Shown piece by piece: positions 12,417 to 23,987 of a stretch of DNA of 49,127 nucleotides. The stretch lies in the NCBI GenBank assembly GCA_964255285.1, contig CAXUUL010000039.1:1-49127 (forward strand), written 5' to 3'. Every line of letters begins with the position of its first letter. Positions within the stretch are counted from its first letter, which is position 1. The position numbers were made by a program, and so were the translations under genes. The notes beneath the pieces were generated by a model that was given only the letters and a program-made list of their open reading frames with translations, was not told the origin of the DNA and did not search any database. The stretch comes from Ionaspis alba (taxonomy: Eukaryota).

Positions 12417-14377
12417 CTACCTCGCCCTCCCGACTCCTCTCCCACGTCCCTGACTGCCATTCAATCGACTAGTCCTCCACCCCTCATACCAAAGCTCTCT
12501 ACTCGCCTCCCTCAACTCGCCCCTCCACTCCCTAAAAACCGCCTCCTTAAGCCTCACGAAATCGCAGTGCTCAACATTATACGGGTCTGCGAACCCCCAT
12601 GGAAATTGCCTCCCCACAGGCCCATCCGTGCTGTATCCCGGCTCGGGGGAGATAATGCTAAGAGGCAGGTAAGGAATGCTATCCGCAGCCGCCGTGGTGG
12701 AGTTGCCACCTGTAGTGTTGGCGGGAGGAGGCGGGAAGGTGGACGACGAGGCGCGGGAATGCGTAGGCGGCTTACGAGCAGGCGCAGCATCCGAGTCCGA
12801 GGACTCAGAAGCCGAGTCGAGATGCGAGGTCGGAGAGCCCGTACCGTCAGTACGCAGCAGGGCATCCTCGTCGCGCTCGTCGAGACGTTTACTATCGTGT
12901 TTGCGGCCCACGACGGGGGATTCAGCATCGGAGTCGGCTACGTCGTCGTCGTCGCCGTCGTCGAGACCGAGGGCTTCGAGGGGGTCGAGATTGGCTTTTT
13001 TGAGGGAGTCCCAGACGGCGCGCTTGAGGTTGCCCATGTGTGCCGTGGTGATGGTATCGGCTTTGGAGATGACGGGGACGACGGTGGTTTTGCCTTGGAG
13101 GGTGCGTAGGACTTGCAGGTCGAGGTCTTCGTCTAGGCCGCTGAAGACTTTGGGGGAGGTTGAGGACTGTGGGTGGGATTTGCCATTTGCGAAGGCGCCG
13201 TTTGTGCTGGACGAGGCGGCTTTTTGGGCCGCGGCGATGTTGGTGTCGAGGCGGAGGGGGTCGAGGACGAGGAAGACGCAATGGATATGTGTGTCGCGGA
13301 CGCCCGGAGACCGAATGACTTTCATTTCTTCGCTCAAAGTGTCTTCGAACTTCGATTCCAGGAAGGAGGACATTTCGCGGAGTTGAAGGTCGATGATGTT
13401 CTTGTCCAGGCTCTCTGAATCCCAAAGTGTTAGACCAATGCGCTCTCCGTCGTCCATTTCGGTCTCGACGTAGTGGGACACGAAGTTTGGAAAGAAACGG
13501 GTGGAGCCGGGGGTGGGAGATGTGGTGTCGTCGTGGCGGTTTTGTGGCCGTTGTTTGCGAGCCGGAAGGGCAAGAGAAGTTCGAAGAAATTCGAGGAAGG
13601 AGGTCTTGCCGGAACTGCGAGTACCTACAACAAGGATACTGTAATCTGGTCAGAGAAGATCGAGGATGGACGGGGTAGAGGGCAACTAACTTGAAGGGTG
13701 TAGGGTCTTTCCTTCTCCTCACCCTTCTTGGACTGTTAATCGTGCTTACCGCACTGCTTGCATAGCTATATCGTCCACGATGGGTCATACTCTCCGTTCT
13801 TGAATATGGATCGACGTATTCGCCCTTCTTATTGCCAGGTACTGGAGGCATCGGCACACCGTATGGAGTAGTCGAGCGCATTGTGTCCATCGAAGTCGCA
13901 GGATATGCTCGACCTGTATTGTTGTATATTCCCGTCNNNNNNNNNNNNNNNNNNNNNNNNNNNNNNNNNNNNNNNNNNNNNNNNNNNNNNNNNNNNNNNN
14001 NNNNNNNNNNNNNNNNNNNNNNNNNNNNNNNNNNNNCCCGTCCTTGCATCCTCACCACCAAAGGTCTGCAATTGCCCTGGAGATGCCAGATCTGGGATCT
14101 TCGGAGCCTGCTTTGGTAAAGCGGATGCTTGAAGCTGTTGCTGCATTTCTAACTCTCTCGCTTGTTTCTTACTTAATTTCCCTCCCGATATGCTCCTCTT
14201 TGAGTTTAGGCGCTCGACTGATTTGCCTCGACGTAAGAAATTGAAGGACGTTCGTCGTGGTGGTGGTTGTTGTCGATTCTCCTGATCCCCTTGAGGTATG
14301 GGTGGGATAATTGCATCTTCCGGCGGAGGCGACCTTCCTGGCGTTCGCGGACGCGAACTTGGGGAAGAAGCGACCAT
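12417..14377 (-). CDS. aspE: Septin, non-core group-5 AspE type; intron 13639-13690; interrupted by scaffold gap 13937-14036
   Basis: RTESMTHRGRYSYAS..SPRRVRRRKDPTPFN|ILVVGTRSSGKTSFL (polybasic region plus P-loop), LTLWDSES, VRDTHIHCVFLVLDP, VPVISKAD and GRQFPWGFADPYNVEHCDF (septin unique element). No C-terminal coiled coil. Confidence 0.9.
13937..14036. other. Scaffold gap (100 N); the others are at 25999-26098, 27400-27499, 32730-32829, 37236-37335, 41976-42075 and 43351-43450
   Basis: Runs of 100 N, a placeholder size. Confidence 0.98.
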
Positions 14378-15677
14378 GGTGACGAAAAGAGAGAAGTGAT
14401 TGCTATTGACTCGGAAGTCGCGGCTTGAATGCAAGCTAAGGAAGTGGCCAGGATGATGTGCCTTACTTCACAGAGCTCCGGATTCGTTGGAAGGTGACGA
14501 CAGTTGTTCTTCGCAGTGTTCGAGATCGAAAGGATAAGTGGAAAGCACCAATGTCGAGAGTGGTCCTGAAGTGCAACCTGTTAGACATCTTTCCCCTGCT
14601 GGATTCTAGAGTTGCCTGCTGGGTTTTTCCCCGAACGCGAAATGAGGCTCGTACCTGATCGTCCTTTAGCGTTGCAAGATAAACACCAAGCGGACTGCAG
14701 CTTATAACGCGTCTCTGACGGAAATGCAGTAGATACTAGATGTTCAACCTTCCGACCAGACTCGAAGTCGCAATGGACCCTAGCGGAATTGGCACTTCAT
14801 GTATTCTCGTCTGTCCTTCTGAGTGCCGATTGAACTGCCTAAGGTCGACGGTACCGACAACCTGACGACTCGGAATGGCGGATCTCTGGTCTCTCAGTGG
14901 AATTGGTCGTTGATATTGTTTCGATGTCGTTTGCAAAGGCAAAGCTGGTACCCGCTCCACTGGTGGTCGCGGCTCGTACCGTCAGGGCACCACCGGCACT
15001 TATTGTATCCGCGCAGTTCAACGACACACAACTTGTGCAGGAAGGGTTTACGATTCCTCAATCGTTGTGGATGTTGATATGTTTGTGGGGCTGATGTCGT
15101 TTACTTGCAGTTCAGGGGCTAGGACACCGTTGGATGTCGAGCATGATATTCGCATCGTTTGTTGGTGGACTCAGCTGCGTAAGCACCGTAACTGTCCTAA
15201 GCCAAGGTCCGGTGATATTGACTTTGATCTTGTTCCATCAATCTCAATTCCCCTAATCTAATTCCAGCCAATCAAAGCTTCCCACCCTGCAAGTCAGAGC
15301 AATCTGAAACAGCCGCCGCGCTACCTCGACGACTAGGATGTGCGTGGAATTGTTCATGGAATATGCCTTTATGCAGAGAATAGGGGTTGCGTAGGCACTA
15401 AGAATCTCGGCATTTCATCGTGTCGGTGAAGACACATGAACAGTGGCAGATGGGAAGCTTGTATGACTCCCTAGACGATGGACCATTCCAGTTATTTCTA
15501 GTGGACGAGTGCGGATCTTACATGTCTTTGTCTCCACATTCTTTAACGACCATTAACACCTTGGTCAAGGTCATGAGCTAATTACAGCAATACAGGGTTG
15601 TGTATGAAGCTACTCGACACAAACATGATCCTCCTAACTCCTCGCCATCGGCAAATGCACGCTTTCAGAACCCGCAC

Positions 15678-16823
15678 CTAATTCTTGGCGATCAAGACAG
15701 GATTGACGATGCATTTCTGCCCCGTGGGACAGACATCATTCCTGTTCAATTGCTTGTCCTTGGGTCCCGTCGGTCCACCCTGGTATTTGGCAGTCTGAGA
15801 TATGCCAAAGATCTCCTTCTGGCGAGGATCCGAGTTCGGGTATTGCTGATCGCCCCAAGCACCACTAAAGTTCAACCAATTGACCGGCCTCCCGGGTTCG
15901 GTGGTCGTAAAGGACTGGGTGCCGGCGTGATAGGTGTAGGTGGCCGCGGCAAGAGTGGGGTCCCAGAGCTTGCCTTTGTCGCAGTGGTCGTGGAGGATAA
16001 AGCTGAATGGAAGATTGAGACCGGGGATGGTGTGATCGTGCGTTCTATTGGCATCATCAGCTGACATCCTCTCGAGCAGGGCTTGCATGGCCTATTATGA
16101 GCATACCCAACGGTCGCGTAGTTCGCATGAGATCCCACAGCACTGTACGACACAGGGCGTATTCCCTTCTTCTCAACGGAAGCGTAGGTGAATGCTTGAC
16201 CAAAAGCATGTTGGGAATACCAGACAGACTGAGGGACTCCATTGACGAAACGAATCATGTTGTGCTCCCAGTCTCCAACGTGGTCGCCAATCTCCATTCC
16301 GAAAACAATGTTCCCCTTGTTGAATGCATAGAAATACATATAGAAGGCATCTACCGTGCCATCTCCGTGATCGTTGACAATGATCGCACAGCTGGTGATT
16401 CCATTCGTCTTGCCGGTACTGTCTGGTTCGACACCGGTCAACCAGGATGGGTTTTTGGTGATGTCGTCTTTGGAAGTCAGGTAGACCCTCCCTGACTGGC
16501 TGTTTAGGGAGTCGAGATTGTCAAGTGTAAGGGGATTGGGTGCATTGGCGACAGGCACGAAGTTGAGTTCCGGCGTTGTATGAAGCAGCTGGGCGGCAAA
16601 GTCTGAAGGGGCATAGATCTCGGTTGACTCTAGCCAAACAACCGGAGCTGGGGATTGAGGATTAGCAAGGTGGCATGACTACGAATGATTGCTTTGTACC
16701 GAAGTCAATGACATAGCTAGGAATTGCAGTCTGTCGCTTCAAAGTGGGCGACGCTAAGACATGGTGAACTGTCGACGCCAGAAGAGCTAGAAATATGCCT
16801 CGAATAATAATTGAGAATGCCAT
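15678..16823 (-). CDS. Secreted Vps62/Tda6-like protein; introns 16648-16699 and 16045-16106
   Basis: Spliced model MAFSIIIRGIFLALLASTVHHVLASPTLKRQTAIPSYVIDF|APVVWLESTEIYAPSDF..DAFYMYFYAFNKG..GDHVGDWEHNMIRF..YSQH..YSAVGSHANYATVG|THDH..WLNFSGAWGD..GPTGP. These are Vps62-family motifs. Confidence 0.87.
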
Positions 16824-16903
16824 TGTATCATACACCAGTCAGGAGAAGGATTGCAATGCGATCCTCAACAGATGTGACCGCAAAACAATGGGCATCTTGT
16901 TGC

Positions 16904-16911
16904 TATATATA
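16904..16911 (-). promoter_or_regulatory. Putative TATA box of the Vps62-like gene
   Basis: TATATATA about 80 nt upstream of the ATG at 16823. Confidence 0.4.
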
Positions 16912-17658
16912 CAAACGGAAGGATAGGTCAGAACCCACGGAGACAAAGCTCTTGTTGACCGATGTGACGGCCAGGTTTGTTCGAGTCAAATTACCATTGA
17001 GCATTTGGGGGGCAGTGCTCCGACTCACGAGTTGCCCTTTTGCGTTGGCGCCCGAAGGATCATGTTCCCCTCGCTAGGCCACCGGACCAACCGATTCTTC
17101 AGGCCGTAGCAGGTGGTGAAGTATGGTTCGGAAGTGCCTTGCAGCCATTATTGTCTCTCTCACATTGACGGGCATGGACCGAAGAGGAAGGATCGCGCGG
17201 TGCTTCAATAATCGTTCTCGAGGTCGCTATTCCTCGACGTTGACTGAATGACCAACGTGGTCATCGCTTGTAGTCGGAAAATGTATGGCCACCAAGTCAT
17301 GCAAAGTGCTGTCCATTCCTGTCCTTCATTTAAGAACTCTACGTACATTCAACACAGCTCTCTCCTTCGAGACTTCATGACCGAGCCTGCGGCAGATGCA
17401 TCATCACACTCTTAGCAGTCTCTTCCGTTTTATCAATAAGACTAAAGACTTCGCCAGGAGCGGAGAGTCACTTGGCATACCAGACCACGAATGACCACCA
17501 AGCCTTGAACATCAACTCTCAACAGCACCAAACAAACAAATGCTCATGGAATTACACACCGAATTGAAAGCATCTCCGGCCAACATGCATACCTGAAACT
17601 TGAAAACTCGACTCCCTCTCGTTCTCCCTTCCCCGTCTACTGCACATCCACTGCCTCG

Positions 17659-18684
17659 TCAAGTCCAGCCTCCCTCCGTCTTCCTCATCCTCAACGGCTT
17701 CAATACAGTCCCATCTAGCACGACCAAGGGGCCTCCCACGCCTTTTACATTCCTCACCGTCTCTTTCCTCCCCTGCTCGCCCACTCCCCAATCTACCAAA
17801 CTCCCCTGCCTTGTCCCTGACACGGTCGTTCCCCTGTCAGTCGAATCCTCTCCTCCCAAAATCCCCAACAAGAACCTCTCCTTTCCACATCCCACTTCTC
17901 TCAGCTTTTCTCTCGCAAGTGCAAAACCCTTACTGATTCTCTCTCCCACACGTGACACATCTCCTGAGGAATTTGACTCCAGCTCAGCAGGCCGACTGGG
18001 ACTTCCCAGTGCACCAGGTGAGCTTGGCGTCTGAATCTGCCACATTTCTTCTTTTGTCAAGGCACGCGATCTCGAGCGCGCCAGATCAGCCAGCTTTATC
18101 AACATTTCTCGACGGAGCAAGCTCGAGCTCGACGAGAGAGCTCGAGCATAAAGACGGGGTCTCGAAGTGCTGGAGGCCGAGCCTGGTGGTGGCGTCGGCT
18201 GCATAACAGCGACTTCCGGCTCAACCTCTGTATCTTTCGAGCGAATCGAATCAGCGGGCACTGCCTTAGCAGGCACAGTAATACCAGGTATCGGCCGGGG
18301 ATCGAATGGTTTCGAGACAAGGAAAGGCGTGATTGGTGTTCTCGGGGTTGCGGCAACCACTTTGGCAGGTATTGTGACTTCCGGAATTGGCCTAGCATCG
18401 AAAGGGCTTGAGATGAGGAAAGGCGTGATTGGAGGTCTCTGAGCTGCTGCTTCGATATCCTCACCGACATCGACGCCTTCGCGAGTCTCGCGGGCGTCCA
18501 TGAGCTTTTTGGCTCGAGCTGCGATGGCGAGACGACGGTTTCGGCGAGCTGCATCACGACGGCAGAGACGCCAGTAGAGAAGGAGAGCGAGACCAAGGAG
18601 AAGACAAAGAGTGCCAACTATGGAGCCCCAGATTATGATTTGGGTGCTGGGGACACCGTTGAGGGGACCACGGCGGTGGAGCAT
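17659..18684 (-). CDS. Hypothetical single-pass membrane protein with a 32-aa internal duplication
   Basis: 341-aa ORF. One hydrophobic helix (IIIWGSIVGTLCLLLGLALLLYW) is followed by a basic stop-transfer segment (RLCRRDAARRNRR) and a Pro/Ser-rich tail. No family recognised. Confidence 0.7.
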   Translation of the reverse strand: MLHRRGPLNGVPSTQIIIWGSIVGTLCLLLGLALLLYWRLCRRDAARRNRRLAIAARAKKLMDARETREGVDVGEDIEAAAQRPPITPFLISSPFDARPIPEVTIPAKVVAATPRTPITPFLVSKPFDPRPIPGITVPAKAVPADSIRSKDTEVEPEVAVMQPTPPPGSASSTSRPRLYARALSSSSSLLRREMLIKLADLARSRSRALTKEEMWQIQTPSSPGALGSPSRPAELESNSSGDVSRVGERISKGFALAREKLREVGCGKERFLLGILGGEDSTDRGTTVSGTRQGSLVDWGVGEQGRKETVRNVKGVGGPLVVLDGTVLKPLRMRKTEGGWT

Positions 18685-19473
18685 GGTGCGTGGATTGGTG
18701 AGTTGCCCTGTGATTGGATTGGTAGAAGAGCGAAGGAGTTGAGACAGCTTCTCGAAGATGATGAGAGAGGCTGAGAAGAGGGTAGCGTTGGTGGTGGTGT
18801 TGGAGGGAGGCAGCGGTTAGCATTGCAGTGACAGAACGTCAGGCATTGACATCGATGGGGAGCCGCGGCGATAGGATCAGGTGGACGATAACTTCATTGA
18901 GATGATAAGCCTCGTGATGGGATGTGAATTGGAAATGCAGAAGTCATTCGGTCGAAGGAGTCATCATTCCACCCGATGGGTTCAGACACATCGCTTTCCT
19001 AACAGAACTCCTCGGAGGCAACATAAGCATCAAGCTGAGCGGCAGTTGGTTCAATATACATCCATCATTGAGAGGAGACCACAGCTCGTCAGCTAATTGT
19101 ATTCATGCTACACAAGCCAAATGTCAGCCTCAAACAGGGTGGCAGCAGTCATGTGTACTTCGTTAATGGAGATATTGAAGGGGGGCTCTTCATGCTAGTT
19201 GACCCATATACCAACAAACAAATCGTCTCGCCCTTCGTGCAGCAGTCAAGCGGGATAATATATCGTCAACGATTATGAACGTAGGGCCGCCAGCTACTCG
19301 TAACTAAGCTATGTATAGGCCAAGAGCTCCTCCCAAGCAATACACAGTATGTGGATTCAAATGCCAAAATGAAATGCCGATTATCGTGATCACGAAGCAC
19401 CAAAGCAGCAATAGCGGGTATCTTCAGACCTAATGCACGCACCAACGCTGAGAACACGAAACAATACAAGAAA

Positions 19474-21835
19474 TCAACCTAATTTGCGATTTTCGCTCTC
19501 CTCATCTGACCTTCCCTGATCAAGTGTTCTGCTGCTGTCGCGAGAAACCGGGTTCGGACTCTGGGCTTTCGATTCTTTGTTGATTTCGTCCTTCATCTGG
19601 GGATCCGCACGTCTCTGCTCATCTCGTTGCTTCTTCAATTGCTTCTCCAGCGTCTCCGAGAGCTTGTCCAGAACCCATTCGGCTTCTTCAGTTTCTCCCA
19701 TAAGAGGACTCCGTGCACCGAGCCAACTCCATTGGCGGCGGTCTTCATCGCCTGTGTCGTTGTCTGGATCTGCTTGCTGAATCTGAGGGCTCGTCTCCAT
19801 CTTCGTGCCCTCCGTGCCAAGCGGCTTCCTATGGTACTTGGAGGAACTCTCATCCTCGCCCATCAGTCTGAGAAACCATGCCCATTCGTGGTAGGAATAC
19901 TTCCGAGGTGGAGTCTCACTAACATCCTTCATCACGTTCCGAATCTCCTTGACCAGGAGGTAGTGATATAGATGAACGTCTTCCCCTATTTTATCGCCTC
20001 TTCTTTTCGCTACTTCTGCTTCGTCAAGCTCTACTTTTTCAAACTCGTCGGCCAGCCGAGCAGCACCAGAGCTCTTGGCTGGATTTTTTTGCTTCTCGGG
20101 GTCGTCATCATGATGTCGGCGATTCTCCTCGCTCAAGAAGATACCACCAGGGGCCTCCTCGGCTGTGTCATCTCCTGACGAACTTAGTTTACCATTGGTC
20201 AGCTTGTGAGCACCAGCTTTGATCCTGCCACGAGCACCCTGTTCACCTGGCAGGACAGTAAACTCTCCCAACCAGATCGTCAAGTCCCGGATACCCTTAA
20301 TGACTGTGTCCCCCATATTAGAGATCAAGATGGTGAGTGTAGGGATCGCAAGAAGAGACCAGAAAACAAAGAATGGCTTGCCAGAATTTGAGAATGGCCT
20401 GAAGTCTCCGTAGCCAATCGTCAAAATGCTGACGAAGGAGAAGTATACAGCGTTGAAGTAAGTCCAGCTTTGGTTCTTCTCGGCCTTGTAAAAGACCAAG
20501 GCACCGACCAGCCACAAGAATAGCCATGCCGTGGCCGATATGCAGAGCGATATCCATTTTCTCTTGGCGGCTGCATGCTCTTGAATCTTCCGCATTATAT
20601 TGAACTCGGCCTCACGTCTCTCTCGCTCGGATTTGCCGCCAGGGGTAACCTTATGGCCCTTTAACAAGGGGTTTATTTTCGCAGCCTTTTTATCACCCAA
20701 ATCATCCACTACCTTCTCTCGCTTCTTCTCCACCATACGAGACCCTAGCTTCTTCTTTCCGCGATCTAGAACGAGGGATCTGATGGAGCCTATGACCAGG
20801 CCGAGGATAACGATACCGCCAATGGCATAAGGGAACAGAAGCCCACGTCCCGTGTCTGTCATTGGTGTATAGTCTCCGGTTCCGATCGTTAAAAGCGTGA
20901 AGTTGCTGAAGTAAACGGCGTCCAGGAACTTCCAGCCTTCGAGGTGTGCATAAACAGCCGACCCCCCAAGGAGGTAGACCAGATATGCAATAGTCTGCAA
21001 CATCAACGTCCTTTGACTCATTGTGAGCTTGAACTCCTTGGGATAGTGACCGGAGTACGCTCCGTAGACTGTAAAGACCATGAGAGATGAGATAATCACG
21101 TAAAGGGCTGCCGACATGATGGCATAGTAATACGCCTGTACCAATCAGCATAACTTGTGCATTCATTGCTCCCCATCCTCATACCTGAGTCAGCGCAACA
21201 TCCAAGTCTGGAGCCAGTTGCATTGCGGGGCTGTAACTTGCAGCGACGATTAAGCCTATCAATAGGAATGCCGAAATGTACCATCCAATTATTGTGATCG
21301 GCTGGGCAATTGCAAAAGGTAAGCGCCGCGCCATGTTGAAGAGGAGGGCGAGATTGGCGATAATGGCTAGGACGAGGGAAACAGCGTTGATTGCTATAAG
21401 CCTGTAAATTTAACCGTTAGCATCTTATGCAGCATCTCAAGACGCTGTCATTGAGGGATCACCAAGTCGGATCGGCCACCACGTCTCCATGCTCCTCTGT
21501 CCCGCCAGGAGGTATAGTCACTCTCCACTGCTCCACCAAAGCGCAAAGATTGAAGGCGCTTGCCATGGGCCCGAAGGTTCCCTATTATTCGTCAGTCGCT
21601 GCGGATGGTTGGAATAATGAGAGACGTACCGCAAGCAGTGGAAAGGCTGTCGAAGCAAACCACCACCGACTATAATCGAGCGTCAGCGACATGGACGGCA
21701 CTCATCGACAGAACCGTATATCAACCTTGGGTTTAGGAAGGCCATGTCCTCCTCCGCAGCCGCCTTCTCGTCCCTCTCCGACTCGATTGCTCCGGCATTC
21801 TGGCTGATGGGATCGTCAAGTCCAGGGTCATTCAT
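19474..21835 (-). CDS. TOK1: TOK-family two-pore-domain outward-rectifier K+ channel; introns ~21670-21725, 21582-21628, 21402-21462, 21136-21184
   Basis: Start MNDPGLDD. Spliced RWWFASTAFPLLA|GTFGPMASAFNLCAL..DPTW|LIAIN..ALTQ|AYYYA and LTMSQRTLMLQT. Two pore loops: TLLTIGTGD and SILTIGYGD. Confidence 0.93.
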
Positions 21836-22377
21836 TTTGCTTCTTCTGCTAAAGTGGAGGATCGAGCATGAAGGAGAAATAGAGAGACCCGACTCTCAAC
21901 CGGTATCCTAGCCCATTCTTCGACCCGCATCCAGGATATGCTCAAAGCCAAAGCTGGAGCGCAGGTGACCGGGATCAGACCGCCCGTAAACAAATCAAGC
22001 TCACGCAATATGACGTCGGCGCCTTGCCCTTCCGAACTTAGTGCTCGAAGCGATCAATCGAAAAAGGTTTACTTCCGATTGATCGTTGGGGAGGCTGCCC
22101 GAGACCGAGAGCCTGTTCTACATAACACTTGAAATGGAGAATTCCAGGATCTTACATCACGTGTACTTCGGTGCCTCGTGTTTCTTGCCTGAATCCCTAG
22201 AATCCTAAGTCCCTCTTTACAGGAAAAGCGATTTGTCGATCATATTGCACTTTATATCTCCTACTCTGCAAAGCGAAGAATGATAGTTTTGAACATAGAC
22301 AAACAGATACACACATAATCGTCAACTATAACTAGCAGTACCAACTCCCCACTCCCGTCCCTTCCCTGTTCCCCTAC

Positions 22378-23138
22378 CTAATCACCCAAAGCAGCCTTCC
22401 TCGCTGCCTCCGCTTTCATCGTCCTAAAAATCGACAAATCCAACGGCAACCTCTCCCCCATCCACGTCGCCCTTTGCGTATGATCCCGTTCCTGATCCTC
22501 CGTGTTCGGATGGACAAGCACGCTCAACGGGCCCCTGTTGACGACTAACCAGGAGACAAATCCTCCAAACTGCTGCGGCGTGAAGACGTTGACTTCGAAC
22601 ATGCCTGTTAGATGTGGTCCGATGGGCCGGTCGAAGAGCCGGTAGATGCGGAGTTCAGGGACTAGGCCAAGTATTAGCTATGGTGTGTGGGGGAGGGAAG
22701 AGTACGCCTGGTGGGGATGGACGCCAGTCAGGGAGAAGGCTTACATTCGCGACGGATGCGCTCCCAGAGGGCTTTGGCGAAAGTGGTTTGTTCGGCGTTG
22801 TTCTGTATTTAGTGGTCAGTCATCGGGGGTTCTTGAACAAATGTGTTAGGGATGAGAGTGTCGTACTTGGTAGAAGTAGATATGGACGTCGAAACCGCCC
22901 CTCTCGTCATTGCCGATGGGGTCGGGGAATTTCTCGTAGGCTTTGCTGAGAGTCCCGGTCTCTTCGTTGACGAACTTGACCGTGTGGTTGTCTTTGACTG
23001 TTTCCCTGTAGTATCTTAGGGCATGCTCATATGATGGAGCAAAAGGAGTGGGCGGTCAGGCTTGACTTACATTGAGATGGGAGGTAGGTGCTCGTACCCC
23101 TCAAGAGGGGATGGGTATGTGTATAGTGATGGGTCCAT
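22378..23138 (-). CDS. DOPA 4,5-dioxygenase family protein; introns 23006-23070, 22803-22866, 22662-22744
   Basis: Spliced MDPSLYTYPSPLEGYEHLPP..GGFDVHIYFYQ|NNAEQTTFAKALWERIRREF|PELRIYRLFDRPIGPH..MFEVNVFTPQQFG..NRGPLSVLVHPNT..RDHTQRATWMG. Confidence 0.9.
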
Positions 23139-23987
23139 GGTGGTTGATTGTCGGATATTTCCAGTTGCTATTGGATAAGGTCCGAAGTCTCCAAGCTCTG
23201 CACCAATCTGTGTTTGAAGTTGCTTTCCGTATCACTACTCGGATTGCTACCGCGTGATTGGAACAGTTCAAGAGAACGAGTGGATGAATGTAAAATTTAT
23301 GGACGTTAGAAAATTCTGTTAACTCTGAAAGAGGTACACGTCCAGCTTAAGGCGGTCTGTCTTTTATAGAAGAGTTTACCATTGCACGCGTCTCCATCCT
23401 TCTAACAAGACATTAGTAAAGCTTCCTCATGGATTTACATGAATCACCAAGCAAAATGTCAGCCAAAACGTCAGCCAAAAGGCTCCAAGGGTTGAAACCA
23501 AAAGGTACCACTGATTGCGTGGGGCTAGTGGTCATGAGTTCTGCAGACCTCCCTCGCCTCTTCGGCCCGACGGCAATGGATAGGAATTTTTCCACCAGTG
23601 CTTCTCCTTCGGTCTCTCGGCATTGGATCGTTGCGAAAGGTCGCACGAGTACATCACGGAGAATGGCCGCCGTTGTTGATAATCTCGTTTCCAATTGGAT
23701 CATGTTCCTCGTGGAAGACCAAAAATAGTGTACAATACTCAATATAATATTTACTTCAGCCGCATCCGCAGCGAAGACAAGACATACACAATATATACAT
23801 CGAACCGAAGCCGCGATATACCTAAAAAAAAAAATAAGTCTTTTTTTAGCCACACAGATATGTATACAGATGCTCAACTAAAGACAAGATAAGAAAAAAT
23901 AGTATATTAATGCGTGAGGTGACCGCTCGCCCAATATACATATAAATCATCCAACGTGAACCACGTCGTCAAGCCCACCTACTCATC

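Noticed and set aside
12567..13386. Long + strand ORFs (180 and 236 aa) antisense to the septin
   Set aside because: Shadow ORFs caused by GC-rich codon bias of the real minus-strand exon.
14700..15300. Cluster of short ORFs upstream of the septin
   Set aside because: No consistent splice model, motif or signal peptide; treated as intergenic or promoter DNA.
4077..21835. Antiporter, annexin and TOK channel as an 'ion homeostasis cluster'
   Set aside because: They are interspersed with unrelated genes, and nothing in the sequence supports co-regulation.
22378..23138. DOPA dioxygenase as evidence of a betalain or secondary-metabolite cluster
   Set aside because: The family is widespread in ascomycetes, and no tyrosinase, PKS, NRPS or terpene synthase is present in the window.
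23700..23950. AT-rich tract with a poly-A run
   Set aside because: It lies just downstream of the GPI gene stop on the minus strand, consistent with an ordinary U-rich 3' UTR or terminator rather than a retroelement tail.
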